Below, in pieces: positions 20,792 to 30,584 of a stretch of 64,000 nucleotides of DNA. Position 1 is the first letter of the stretch, and each line of letters opens with the position of its first letter. The translations under genes and the position numbers were made by a program. Under the pieces are notes generated by a model. That model was not told where the DNA came from. It did no database searches and was given only the letters and a program-made list of their open reading frames with translations. The DNA comes from Clostridiaceae bacterium (GTDB lineage: Bacteria > Bacillota > Clostridia > TANB77 > CAG-508): contig JAETPW010000003.1 of the NCBI GenBank assembly GCA_021771025.1, forward strand, positions 8,279 through 72,278, in the 5' to 3' direction.

Positions 20792-21739
20792 ATGATAGAA
20801 TTTGAAAAGCCAAATATTGAATGTCTAGAGGTTGATGATGCAAATAACTATGCAAAATTTGTATGTGAACCATTAGAAAGAGGTTATGGAGTAACCATTG
20901 GAAACTCACTAAGAAGAATCTTACTTTCATCACTTCCAGGATGTGCGATAACAAGTGTAAAAATAGAAGGCGTATTACATGAATTTTCTACCATTCCCAA
21001 TGTAGTGGAAGATGTACCAGAAATCATTGTAAACTTAAAAAACGTAAGACTAAAAACAGACGATAATGACGAAAAGATCTTACGTATAGACTTCAAAGGA
21101 GAAGGAGTAGTAACAGCAGCAGATATCCAAACAGACGGAACAATCGAAATCTTAAATCCAGAATTACCAATTGCAACTGTTTCAGAAGGTGGACAACTAA
21201 AAATAGAGATGACAGCCGAAAAAGGAAGAGGATACAATTCTTCTGATAAAAACAAAAAACAAAACCAAGACATCTCTGTATTACCAATCGATTCTATCTT
21301 CACTCCTGTAAAAAAAGTAAATTACCAAGTAGAAAATACCAGAGTTGGGCAAATGGTAGACTACGATAAATTAGTCATCGAAGTCTGGACAGACGGAAGC
21401 TTAAAGGCTCATGAATCATTAAGCCTAGCAGCAAAAGTCATGACAGGGCATTTAGAACTATTTATTGATCTATCAGAAGCAACCAAAAATACACAAGTTA
21501 TGATCGAAAAAGAAGAATCCAAGAAAGAAAAAGTACTAGAAATGTCAATTGAAGAATTAGAACTATCTGTTCGTTCATTCAACTGCCTAAAACGTGCAGG
21601 AATTCAAACAGTAGAAGATCTAATCAATAAATCAGAAACTGACATGATGAAAGTAAGAAATCTAGGAAAGAAATCATTTGACGAAGTAACCGCAAAATTA
21701 CATTCATTAGGCTTAGACTTTGCACAAGAAGATGAGTAA
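20792..21739 (+). CDS. rpoA: DNA-directed RNA polymerase alpha subunit
   Basis: Translation and operon position. Confidence 0.95.
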   Translation: MIEFEKPNIECLEVDDANNYAKFVCEPLERGYGVTIGNSLRRILLSSLPGCAITSVKIEGVLHEFSTIPNVVEDVPEIIVNLKNVRLKTDDNDEKILRIDFKGEGVVTAADIQTDGTIEILNPELPIATVSEGGQLKIEMTAEKGRGYNSSDKNKKQNQDISVLPIDSIFTPVKKVNYQVENTRVGQMVDYDKLVIEVWTDGSLKAHESLSLAAKVMTGHLELFIDLSEATKNTQVMIEKEESKKEKVLEMSIEELELSVRSFNCLKRAGIQTVEDLINKSETDMMKVRNLGKKSFDEVTAKLHSLGLDFAQEDE

Positions 21740-21823
21740 AAGCAAAGAAGAACATAGAAATCAGGGAGAAAAAAGCAAAAAGCCAATACTCCCATGAAAT
21801 TTAAGTAAAGGAAGGTGAAAGAA

Positions 21824-22351
21824 TTGGCTACCAACAGAAAACTAGGAAGAACAACAGATATCAGAATGGCAATGTTAAAATCATTAACAACTGATTTACT
21901 AGTACACGGAAAAGTAGAAACTACATTAGCCAGAGCTAAAGAAGTAAAAGCAATCGCAGATAGCCTTATCTCACTTGCCATCAAAGAAAAAGATAACTTT
22001 GAAGAAGTAGAGGTAAAAGTAGTAACAGCTAAATTAGACGCTAAAGGAAATAAAGAAACAGAATTAGTAAAAAGCAAAAATGGTAAAGAATACCTAAAAG
22101 TAGTTAAAGAAGAAAGAATGGAAAAAAGACAAAAAGATATGCCATCAAGACTAAATGCAAGAAGAAAAATGATCAGAAAATTAAACAAAGTGAAAGATTC
22201 TGAAGGAAAAAATATCGATGTTCCAGCAAAATTATTTAACGAAATTGCCCCTCAATATGCAGGAAAAAACGTTGGCGGGTTTACTCGTATCGTAAGAGTA
22301 GGACCAAGAAGAGGAGACGGAGCAGAAGTTGCTATTTTACAATTAGTTTAA
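21824..22351 (+). CDS. rplQ: 50S ribosomal protein L17 carrying an internal insertion of about 50 aa (TTG start; GTG at 21815 is also possible)
   Basis: N-terminus NRKLGRTTDIRMAMLKSLTTDLL and C-terminus FNEIAPQYAGKNVGGFTRIVRVGPRRGDGAEVAILQLV match L17; the middle 50 residues are a Lys/Glu-rich extra segment. Confidence 0.85.
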   Translation: MATNRKLGRTTDIRMAMLKSLTTDLLVHGKVETTLARAKEVKAIADSLISLAIKEKDNFEEVEVKVVTAKLDAKGNKETELVKSKNGKEYLKVVKEERMEKRQKDMPSRLNARRKMIRKLNKVKDSEGKNIDVPAKLFNEIAPQYAGKNVGGFTRIVRVGPRRGDGAEVAILQLV

Positions 22352-22363
22352 GAGAAAAAATGT

Positions 22364-22392
22364 CGCAAATGTATCATTTGCGGTATTTTTTT
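22364..22392 (+). terminator. Rho-independent terminator after rplQ
   Basis: CGCAAATG/CATTTGCG 8-bp stem followed by a T-run. Confidence 0.7.
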
Positions 22393-22725
22393 GTCCTTTT
22401 GGGGACGTTTCTGTTTGGGACATTTTGTCCAAGTACATTTTGGACTTTTTTTCAATAGAAATAGTGGAAGTAAAAGGGGATTGAATATAGTAACTCCCTA
22501 AAACATTTTAACGTCAACATTGCACTATTATTTCAGTTTCATTTTTATATTTTCTTGTTTATGATAACAAGAAAAAAGTAGAAATCAAATAAACAGATAA
22601 CTTGGGTTCAGTGCTACTTTAGTGTAAAAACATTATTTTGTAACTATCTTCTAATTAAAAAAGTATTTTACAAAAACGGATTTATTTGTTATACTAAAAA
22701 CGATAAAAAATGAGGAGAGATAAAA

Positions 22726-23253
22726 ATGGAAGAACTAATTGATGTTTTAGATGAAAAAGGAATTCATACGGGAAAAGTAGTAACTAGAAAAGAAGTACAT
22801 ACACAAGGACTATGGCACAAAGTGGTTGTAGTAGCCATTATGGATAAAAATGGTCATCTATTGATGCAACAAAGATCCAAAGAAGTAGAAAAAAACAAGG
22901 AAAAATGGGATGTAACTGCAGCAGGGCATATATCAGCAGGGCAAACATCAAAAGAAGCAGCAATAAGAGAAGTATTAGAAGAAGTTGGAATAAGAGTAGA
23001 GGAAGATGAACTAAAGTATAGGTTTACTTATAAAAATGAATCTTCCAGCAAAAAAGATTTTATCGATAATCAATTCTTTGATTTTTATCTTGTACAAAAG
23101 GATAAAATACCATTAGAAAGGATTAGCATACAAGAAAGTGAAGTGCAACAAGTAAAACTATGTAATTATCAAGAAGTTACCCAAATGATCAAAGATCAAG
23201 TAGTAGTAAAAAGAGATGCTGTTTACCAAGACTTATTGAAATACTTAAAATAA
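22726..23253 (+). CDS. NUDIX hydrolase
   Basis: Nudix box GHISAGQTSKEAAIREVLEEVGI. Confidence 0.8.
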   Translation: MEELIDVLDEKGIHTGKVVTRKEVHTQGLWHKVVVVAIMDKNGHLLMQQRSKEVEKNKEKWDVTAAGHISAGQTSKEAAIREVLEEVGIRVEEDELKYRFTYKNESSSKKDFIDNQFFDFYLVQKDKIPLERISIQESEVQQVKLCNYQEVTQMIKDQVVVKRDAVYQDLLKYLK

Positions 23254-23307
23254 CAAAATCGAAAAAAAGGGAAGGAGCCTATGTAATTTATTACATAAAA
23301 AGAAACA

Positions 23308-24114
23308 ATGAACTTAATTACCGCTATTATTTTATTTAATGTACTAATTTTAATTTATCAAATCATCATTGAAATATTTACCATTGCTTGTGGGATTAAT
23401 GGAATTAGCCTAGATAGAGCTAAATTTCAAGTAATTTCGCTTCTAACTGGTACAGGGTTTACCACTCATGAAAGTGAAACAATGCTGTTAACTAAAAAAA
23501 GAAGAAAATTAACAGAAAGAATTATGCTATTTAGTTATATTTTCAACATTTGTATTGTCTCGATTTTTATTAATATCTTCATTTCATTTGCTAATACTAC
23601 CATGAATGAAGTAAAAATAGGAGTCGTTCTTACTATATGGAATTTAATTCTGATCGGATTTCTCAACCATTCACGTACGATGAAAAAGATGCTTGACTGG
23701 TTAATTGTAAAAGTCATGAACTATAAAAACAAAAAGAAAGACAATTTTATTTCGATTTACGATACCTATGGTAATAAAGTAATCGCTGAAATTGAGATTA
23801 AACATTTGCCAAAAGAATTACGAAATAAAACAGTAGAACAAAGTAAGATTAAATATACACATAATATTCAATTATTAGTCATAAAAAGGAAAGAAGAGAT
23901 CATATCTGAAGTTTTACCAACCACAATGATAAAAGAAGGAGATGTCATCATTGTTTTTGGTAAATTGAAAGACATAAAAGAATTATTCATACGAATGATG
24001 AAACGCGAAGAAAAAGAAGAGAAACATCTTAAAAAACTGGATAAAATCAATACCCCAAAAGAATTTGCTTCTTCTATGATTAAGGAGTATCAAGAAAAAC
24101 AAGAGAACCATTAA
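23308..24114 (+). CDS. Membrane protein with a C-terminal TrkA-C/RCK_C-like domain
   Basis: N-terminal TM helices; the C-terminus ...IKEGDVIIVFGKLKDIKELF... resembles TrkA-C. Weak, by-eye assignment. Confidence 0.4.
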   Translation: MNLITAIILFNVLILIYQIIIEIFTIACGINGISLDRAKFQVISLLTGTGFTTHESETMLLTKKRRKLTERIMLFSYIFNICIVSIFINIFISFANTTMNEVKIGVVLTIWNLILIGFLNHSRTMKKMLDWLIVKVMNYKNKKKDNFISIYDTYGNKVIAEIEIKHLPKELRNKTVEQSKIKYTHNIQLLVIKRKEEIISEVLPTTMIKEGDVIIVFGKLKDIKELFIRMMKREEKEEKHLKKLDKINTPKEFASSMIKEYQEKQENH

Positions 24115-24153
24115 ACAAGAAAAACATATAATAAACCATAAGGAGGCAGCAAA

Positions 24154-24507
24154 ATGTTAGAATTCGTTTGTAACACCATATTCTGGACCTTAGCCCTTTA
24201 TGGTTTATTTGAAATTATCAAAACTATTTTACAATTACATACCTTTACTAAAATGAAAGCAGATGGTACCTATGTTATTATTGCCGTTAAAAATCAAGAA
24301 GAAAAAATAGAAGGCTTTTTACGTGCGACTCTTTTTAAAATTTTATATGGAAGAGAAGAATACCTAAAAAATATTATGGTAGCCGATTTAGGGTCAACAG
24401 ATAATACAAAAGAAATAGCCAAAAAACTAGCTAAAGATTATGAAATACTAAAAGTAGTGAGTTGGAAAGAATGTGAAGATCTCATGGATAATATTGATAA
24501 CATCTAA
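24154..24507 (+). CDS. Hypothetical small membrane protein with a GT2-like DxSTDNT motif, possibly a glycosyltransferase fragment
   Basis: One N-terminal TM helix; ADLGSTDNTKEIAKKLAKDY resembles the N-terminus of family-2 glycosyltransferases, but the protein is only 117 aa. Confidence 0.3.
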   Translation: MLEFVCNTIFWTLALYGLFEIIKTILQLHTFTKMKADGTYVIIAVKNQEEKIEGFLRATLFKILYGREEYLKNIMVADLGSTDNTKEIAKKLAKDYEILKVVSWKECEDLMDNIDNI

Positions 24508-24620
24508 AATGCAATTGTCATAAAATGTCGAAAACTTTTTCGGTGAAATTGGAGAAAAGTATTGACAAAGAAGGATAGAATAAATATAATATGGTTACCA
24601 TAAATAAGGAGGCGAAGAAA

Positions 24621-24863
24621 ATGAAAGTAATTACTAGAAAAGTAAAACAGAATAAAACAAAGAATAACCATAAACTAAAGAAAAAAATGAGCGTTATTTA
24701 TGACTCTAAATGGAAGATGATGTTCAATTCTGTACAAGAAAGAAAAAAATTTTTAATGGCAATAGAAGAAGCTGAAGAAGACATAAAACAAGGAAATATG
24801 CTAACTAGTAAAGAAATGTGGAATGAATTTAATCAAAAATTCAATCTAGAATTAGAAATGTAA
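24621..24863 (+). CDS. Putative type II antitoxin (RelB/DinJ/ParD-like)
   Basis: 80-aa basic N-terminus with an acidic helical C-terminus (FLMAIEEAEEDIKQGNMLTSKEMWNEF), immediately upstream of a ParE/RelE-like ORF; AAGGAGG RBS. Confidence 0.45.
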   Translation: MKVITRKVKQNKTKNNHKLKKKMSVIYDSKWKMMFNSVQERKKFLMAIEEAEEDIKQGNMLTSKEMWNEFNQKFNLELEM

Positions 24864-24921
24864 CAAAGAAAGGAAGAAAAATATTTACCAAATACACTAT
24901 ACAAAACGATTTAGCAAAGAC

Positions 24922-25194
24922 ATGGAAAAAACTTATTTGTATATCAGAAATCAGTTAAAATCAAAGATAGCTGCAGTTCGTTTTATTCATAAAATAAAAA
25001 AGGAAACAGAAGATTTATCTTATTGTGCTAGATCCTATTATTTAATTCATCAAACTAAAAATCATCAAAAAGAAAGACGAAGATTAGTCGTAAACAATTT
25101 TATTGTTATCTATGAGATTAATTTAGTGAGTCAAGAAGTATATTTACTTCACTTATTTTATTATCGAAAAAATAACTTATATTCTAAAAAATAA
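24922..25194 (+). CDS. RelE/ParE-family type II toxin
   Basis: C-terminal pattern RRLVVNNFIVIYEINLVSQEVYLLHLFYYRKN is typical of the ParE/RelE fold. Confidence 0.55.
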   Translation: MEKTYLYIRNQLKSKIAAVRFIHKIKKETEDLSYCARSYYLIHQTKNHQKERRRLVVNNFIVIYEINLVSQEVYLLHLFYYRKNNLYSKK

Positions 25195-25251
25195 AAATAT
25201 TATTTCTCATCAATAAGCCAAAAAAAGAAAAGAAAAAACCGAACAAACGGA

Positions 25252-27540
25252 TTGAAATTTTGTTCTCTTTATGATACACTACAAGAAAACCAAAAGAGGA
25301 GAAAAGCATTGGAAATTAAAGGCGAAATACAAGATATTATCTATCAAAACGAAGTAAACAGTTATACCATAGCCACCTTCCAAACAGACGAAGAAGAAAC
25401 AACAGTAGTCGGTTATTTACCATTTGTCACAAGTGGAGATAGCTTAATATTAGAAGGTAAATTCATCGAACACAAAGACTATGGAAGACAATTTAAAATA
25501 GAAACATTTCAAAAATTAATGCCAGAAACCTTAGCTGCATTAGAAAAATACCTTTGCAACGGAAATATCAAAGGAATCGGAAAAGCAACAGCCAAACGAA
25601 TTATAGACAAATTTGGAGAAAACACCTTATCTGTATTTGAATATGACCCTATCCGCTTAGCAGAAGTCAAAGGAATAACAGAAGAAAAAGCCAAAGAAAT
25701 GGCAGAAAGTTTTTTAGAAAACCAAGAAATATGGCAAATTGTAGGTTTTTTAGATCGCTTTGGAATAGGACCAGAACACGCGAAAAAAATTTACAACTTG
25801 TTAGGAAGAAACAGCATAGAACAAATAGAAAGTAATCCCTATTTATTAATTGACCTAACCAGAGGGGTGGATTTTAAACAAATTGACCAAATGGCATTAA
25901 ACTTAGGAATTAATTATGATAATGAAAAACGAGTACAAAGTGGAATAAAATACGCCTTAATTCGTACAACCTATAATGGCCATTCTTGCACGCTCAAAGA
26001 AAACCTAATCGATTTTGTGATTTCTCTTTTAGATGTTACCACAGAAACAATAGAAGATAATATCATCAATCTAAAAGTAAAAGGAGAAATAAAAATCCAA
26101 AAACGAGATGAGGGAGAATGGATATACCTAAGCAATTTTGATGAAACAGAAGAAGAAATTGCAAGAAGACTAATGATTTTAGACGAAAGCAATAATGCAA
26201 AAAAAATAACCAATATAGAAGCGGCATTAAAAAAAATAGAAGACAAATCAGATATGGATCTATCTGAAAAACAAAGAGAAGCAATTAAAGCCATCAATGA
26301 GCATAATGTAACCATTATCACAGGAGGACCAGGTACAGGAAAAACCACCATCATCAAAACAATCATTGAATTATACGAAGAAAGAAGTAAAAAAGTCATC
26401 TTAGCCGCCCCTACAGGAAGAGCAGCCAAAAAAATGACAGAAGCAACCGGAGAAGAGGCCTCTACTTTACATCGTTTATTAGGCATTGGAAAACTAGATG
26501 ATGAAGGAATTTTCAGTAAAAATAGTGATTATGAAGGGGCACCCATTGATGCCGACGTTGTAGTAGTAGATGAGTTATCCATGGTAGATATGTTTCTAAT
26601 GAAGTATTTACTAAGCTGTATTTACCGAGGAACCAAATTAATTTTAGTTGGTGATAGTGACCAATTGCCGTCTGTAGGACCAGGAAGTGTATTAAAAGAT
26701 ATTATTTCCTCAGGTAGAATAACCACAATACACCTTGACAAAATATTTAGACAAGCAGCCCAAAGTAGAATCATTCTAAATGCTCACCGTGTTAATCAAG
26801 GAGAATCTTTCTTAGGAAAAGAAGATTTAGAATTAGAACAAGGAACCAAAGAAGATTTCTTCTTTATCAAACATAACTTGCAAGAAAAAATGTTACAAGA
26901 AGTTATTTCTCTTTGTACAGGGAGACTAGAAAAATTCGGCAACTATGACTTTTTCCAAAATATCCAAGTACTTACTCCTACCAAAAAGGGATTATTAGGA
27001 ACAAGAGAATTAAACAAAGCCTTGCAACAAGTATTAAACCCAAATGTAGATCATCTACCAGAAAAAACAAACTCAGGAGCCATTTACCGAGTAGGAGACC
27101 GCATCATGCAAATCAAAAACAATTATGATATTACTTGGGAAAAAAAGCCACAAAGTGCTTTAGCAAAAACAGAAATAGGAAGTGGTGTCTTTAATGGGGA
27201 AATGGGAAGTATTACAGAAATAGACGAAAAAGAAAAGGTCGTAAAAATTCACTTTGATGACGATAAAATAGCTTGGTATGAATTTTCAGAATTAGACCAA
27301 ATTGAACATAGTTATGCCATAACCATCCATAAAGCACAGCGGAAGTGAATTTGATGTCGTCATTTTACTAGCACCAAGTTCATCGCCTATGTTATTAACC
27401 AGAAATTTACTCTATACAGGAATTACCAGAGCAAAAAAACTACTCATCATCATTGGTAGTGAAAAAGTAGTTGACTTCATGATCCAAAATGTAGACAGCA
27501 AAAAAAGAAACACAGGACTAACCAATCGATTACAAGAATA
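25252..27540 (+). pseudogene. recD2: RecD2-type SF1 DNA helicase disrupted by a single-nucleotide frameshift near 27334; the C-terminal 63 codons continue in the +1 frame
   Basis: N-terminal OB/HhH domains, Walker A GGPGTGKTT, DExx VVVDELSMVD, motif VI ITIHKAQ then stop; the next frame reads GSEFDVVILLAPSS...TRAKKLLIIIGS. An alternative TTG start at 25309 has a strong AAGAGGAG RBS. Confidence 0.8.
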
Positions 27541-27631
27541 AAGGAAAAATAAATGAGAAATAAAGGAGGAAAGAAACAAAAACAATAGTAGAAATGTTTT
27601 AGAAAAAATACTAGACCTAATTTATCCACAA

Positions 27632-28279
27632 GTGTGCGGAATCTGTGGAAAGCTAGACACAAACTCACTTTGCGGAAAATGTCGAATCCAATTAGAAGAA
27701 CACAAACAAATCCAGACGAATCAACCAAAAGAAAGCGAAGGAGAATTTCAAGAATTTATGTCCTTATTTTCCTATGAAGGAATCATTCGCGATCTACTCA
27801 TTGACTATAAATTTAAAGAAAAGCCATACCTAGCAAGAACTATAGGAAATTTCATCATTGACCAAAAAACAATCCAAGAAAAAATACAAACCTATGACCT
27901 ACTTATACCAGTTCCCATCAGTAAAAAGCGAAAAAAAGAACGAGGGTATAATCAAAGTCTATTACTAGCAAAAGAAATCAAAACAAACTCAAAACAACAA
28001 ATCAATAACCAATGTTTAGTAAAAGTGCAAAATATCATCGAGCAAAGTAAATTAACAAAAGAAGAAAGAAAGCTAAATATACAGGGCGTATATAGGTTAA
28101 AAAATGAGCAAACGATCGAAAACAAAAAAGTACTACTCATTGACGACATTTACACAACAGGAAGTACAATAAAAGAATGTTGCCAGACACTAGCAAAAGG
28201 AAAACCAAGTAAAATAGGAGTTTTAGTGGTAGCTAAAGATGAATTAACAAGAGGAAACGAAAGGATGATAGAAGTATGA
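27632..28279 (+). CDS. comFC: ComFC-type phosphoribosyltransferase (competence protein F)
   Basis: N-terminal CxxC...CxxC, PRTase motif VLLIDDIYTTGST. The annotated start is GTG without an RBS; the in-frame upstream region KILDLIYPQ also looks like ComFC but has no start codon. Confidence 0.75.
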   Translation: MCGICGKLDTNSLCGKCRIQLEEHKQIQTNQPKESEGEFQEFMSLFSYEGIIRDLLIDYKFKEKPYLARTIGNFIIDQKTIQEKIQTYDLLIPVPISKKRKKERGYNQSLLLAKEIKTNSKQQINNQCLVKVQNIIEQSKLTKEERKLNIQGVYRLKNEQTIENKKVLLIDDIYTTGSTIKECCQTLAKGKPSKIGVLVVAKDELTRGNERMIEV

Positions 28280-28747
28280 ATGATATAAAAAATGAAGAAG
28301 TGAAACCATTGAAATTTGTTTAACCAAGAATTCGAATTAACTAAAATTTATTTTGGTAAAAAGGTTTGTAAAGTAGAAATTCCAGAATAAAAAATAGAGG
28401 AACTAAAGAAAAGATCAAACATTTAAAACTTCCGGTATTGTATTGACACCGGAAGTTTTTTCTGGTATTAATATAATAAGATTAATTATCTTTGAGGTAG
28501 TTAAAATACTTTATGAATAAGCTATTAATTATTTTAATATATGTAGTTTGTACTATATTGATAAATCTCTTTCCTGCACTTGCAATTGAAATCTATGAGA
28601 CAATGTTGAGCTGTTACTTAACAATAATAGTGGAGGAGATGAAATCAATGAAAAATAAGGCTAATGGTGTACACTCTAGTAAATATGTAGGTTAAGATTA
28701 TGTCGGTAAGTACAGAATACGATTAAATATTAAAATTTAATAGATAT

Positions 28748-28780
28748 AGAGTGCTAGGTTCAAATCCTAGGCCTACACCA
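28748..28780 (+). other. tRNA 3'-half remnant (T-arm CTAGG-TTCAAAT-CCTAG plus acceptor 3' strand) with no 5' half; possible relic of an integration site
   Basis: A perfect T-stem/loop plus GCCTACACCA, but no matching 5' acceptor, D-arm or anticodon arm upstream. Confidence 0.4.
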
Positions 28781-28856
28781 AGAGGATCGAAAGAAAGGTT
28801 CTCTTTTTTATTTATATGTGATTGACAAGAACAAAAAAAGATGCTAAAATAAGCAC

Positions 28857-29190
28857 TACAAATGAATCTAGTTGTGTGATAAAGAAAATCCAGTAGAATT
28901 TTATGGTTAACAAATAGAGAGGTAATGGCAGGTGGAAATTACCAGAACATAAAATTTGAATTACCATTTTCAAAATGACTAGCGTGTAGCTACGAACAGC
29001 CAAGAATAAGGCAATAGTTATCTATTGTAAATAAAGGTGGTACCACGAGTCAATTCGTCCTTTAAGTAAGGATGAGTTGACTCTTTTGATTTTAGGAGGT
29101 GATGTTATGACCCAATGGTTTAGAATGAAAACAATAATCCAAGGGTTCTTCTACCATCATTCAAAGCGTAAACTAACAAAATAAAAAAGG
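28857..29190 (+). promoter_or_regulatory. T-box riboswitch leader of tyrS, with its own promoter (TTGACA, 17-nt spacer, TAAAAT at 28822-28850) and a terminator/antiterminator
   Basis: Conserved T-box sequence AAAGGTGGTACCACGAG overlaps the terminator stem GAGTCAA...TTGACTC followed by TTTTGATTTT, immediately upstream of tyrS. Confidence 0.8.
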
Positions 29191-29201
29191 AGAGAAAAGT
29201 A

Positions 29202-30371
29202 ATGAATGATTTAGAAATAATCAAGAGAAAAGCGGTACAAATTTTTTCAGAAGAAGAATTAGAAAAGAAAATAAATAGTGGAAAAAAACTAACCATAAAA
29301 TTGGGAGCAGATCCTTCAAGACCTGACTTGCATATAGGTCATAGCGTAGTTTTGCGAGTGTTAAAAAAGTTTCAAGATATGGGGCATGAAGTTGTTTTTG
29401 TGGTAGGAGACTTTACGGGAATGATTGGTGATCCATCAGGTAAAAATAAAACTAGACCAGCATTAAGTTTTGAAGAAACAAGAAAATCGGCTGAAACATA
29501 TTTGGCTCAGGCAAGTAAAATTTTAGATAAAAATAAAACGAGAATTGCCTTTAATTCAGAATGGTTATCAAAAATGAACTTTGCTGATGTAATTCAATTG
29601 GCTAGCAAATATACAGTAGCTAGAATTATGGAAAGAGATGACTTTAAAAATCGCTTTGAACACAATATGCCTCTTTCTATGCACGAATTGTTGTATCCAC
29701 TTATGCAAGGGTATGATTCTGTTGAATTAAAAGCAGATATTGAAATTGGAGGAACAGATCAAACGTTTAATTTATTAGTGGGAAGACAATTGCAAAAAGA
29801 TTATGGGCAAGAAAGTCAAGTCGTTATGACATTTCCTTTATTAGTTGGACTAGATGGAAAAGAGAAAATGAGCAAGTCATTGGATAATTATATCGGGCTT
29901 ACCGATTCACCGTTTGTGAAGTTACAAAAATGTATGAAAATACCCGACAATTTGTTAAAACAATATTTTGAGTTAGCTACTGATTTAACAAATGAGGAAA
30001 TAGAATCAATTATGGGGTTAGCGATTAGAGAAGCACATTTGAGATTAGCAAAAGAGTTAATCAAAATGTATGATAATGATAGTGATTTTGGACCAGCAAA
30101 AATACAATATGAGAAAATAGCTAAAGGTGAAATACCTGACAATATACCAGAAATTAACTTGAAAGAAGAGAAAATGAAGATAGTAGATTTATTGATAAAA
30201 GTAGGCTTTACTGAGTCTAAAAGTGAAGCTAAAAGAATGATCCTAGGGAATGGAATTAAGATTGAATCTAGCGTTAAGGATAAAGCGGATGAAATAGTTG
30301 AGATTAAGAATGGTATGGTAATTCAATGGGGAAAAAATAGGTTTGCGCGAGTGAGAAATAATAGAGTTTAA
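29202..30371 (+). CDS. tyrS: Tyrosyl-tRNA synthetase
   Basis: HIGH motif (DLHIGHSVV), KMSKS, C-terminal S4-like domain; downstream of a T-box leader. Confidence 0.88.
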   Translation: MNDLEIIKRKAVQIFSEEELEKKINSGKKLTIKLGADPSRPDLHIGHSVVLRVLKKFQDMGHEVVFVVGDFTGMIGDPSGKNKTRPALSFEETRKSAETYLAQASKILDKNKTRIAFNSEWLSKMNFADVIQLASKYTVARIMERDDFKNRFEHNMPLSMHELLYPLMQGYDSVELKADIEIGGTDQTFNLLVGRQLQKDYGQESQVVMTFPLLVGLDGKEKMSKSLDNYIGLTDSPFVKLQKCMKIPDNLLKQYFELATDLTNEEIESIMGLAIREAHLRLAKELIKMYDNDSDFGPAKIQYEKIAKGEIPDNIPEINLKEEKMKIVDLLIKVGFTESKSEAKRMILGNGIKIESSVKDKADEIVEIKNGMVIQWGKNRFARVRNNRV

Positions 30372-30584
30372 AAGAAGAGTGTTACAATTGATAAGGCTAT
30401 GAATAGTAAATGATGATTAAGTATTTCGAAAAAATAATACAAAATGAGTTGAAAAAAATCGAAGTTATGGTAAAATAAGGGTAATAGATTAAGAAGAGAA
30501 TGACAAAAGTATATAATGTAAAAAATTAGCTAATAATAAGTAATATGAAAACAGTCATATGAACGTAAAACAAAGGAGGAAATA

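Noticed and set aside
28513-28695. 60-aa hydrophobic ORF (MNKLLIILIYVVCTILINLFPALAIEIYETMLSCYLTIIVEE...)
   Set aside because: No RBS, an AT-rich context and hydrophobic low complexity. It cannot be distinguished from a chance ORF; it is mentioned only as part of the possibly decayed region upstream of the tyrS T-box.
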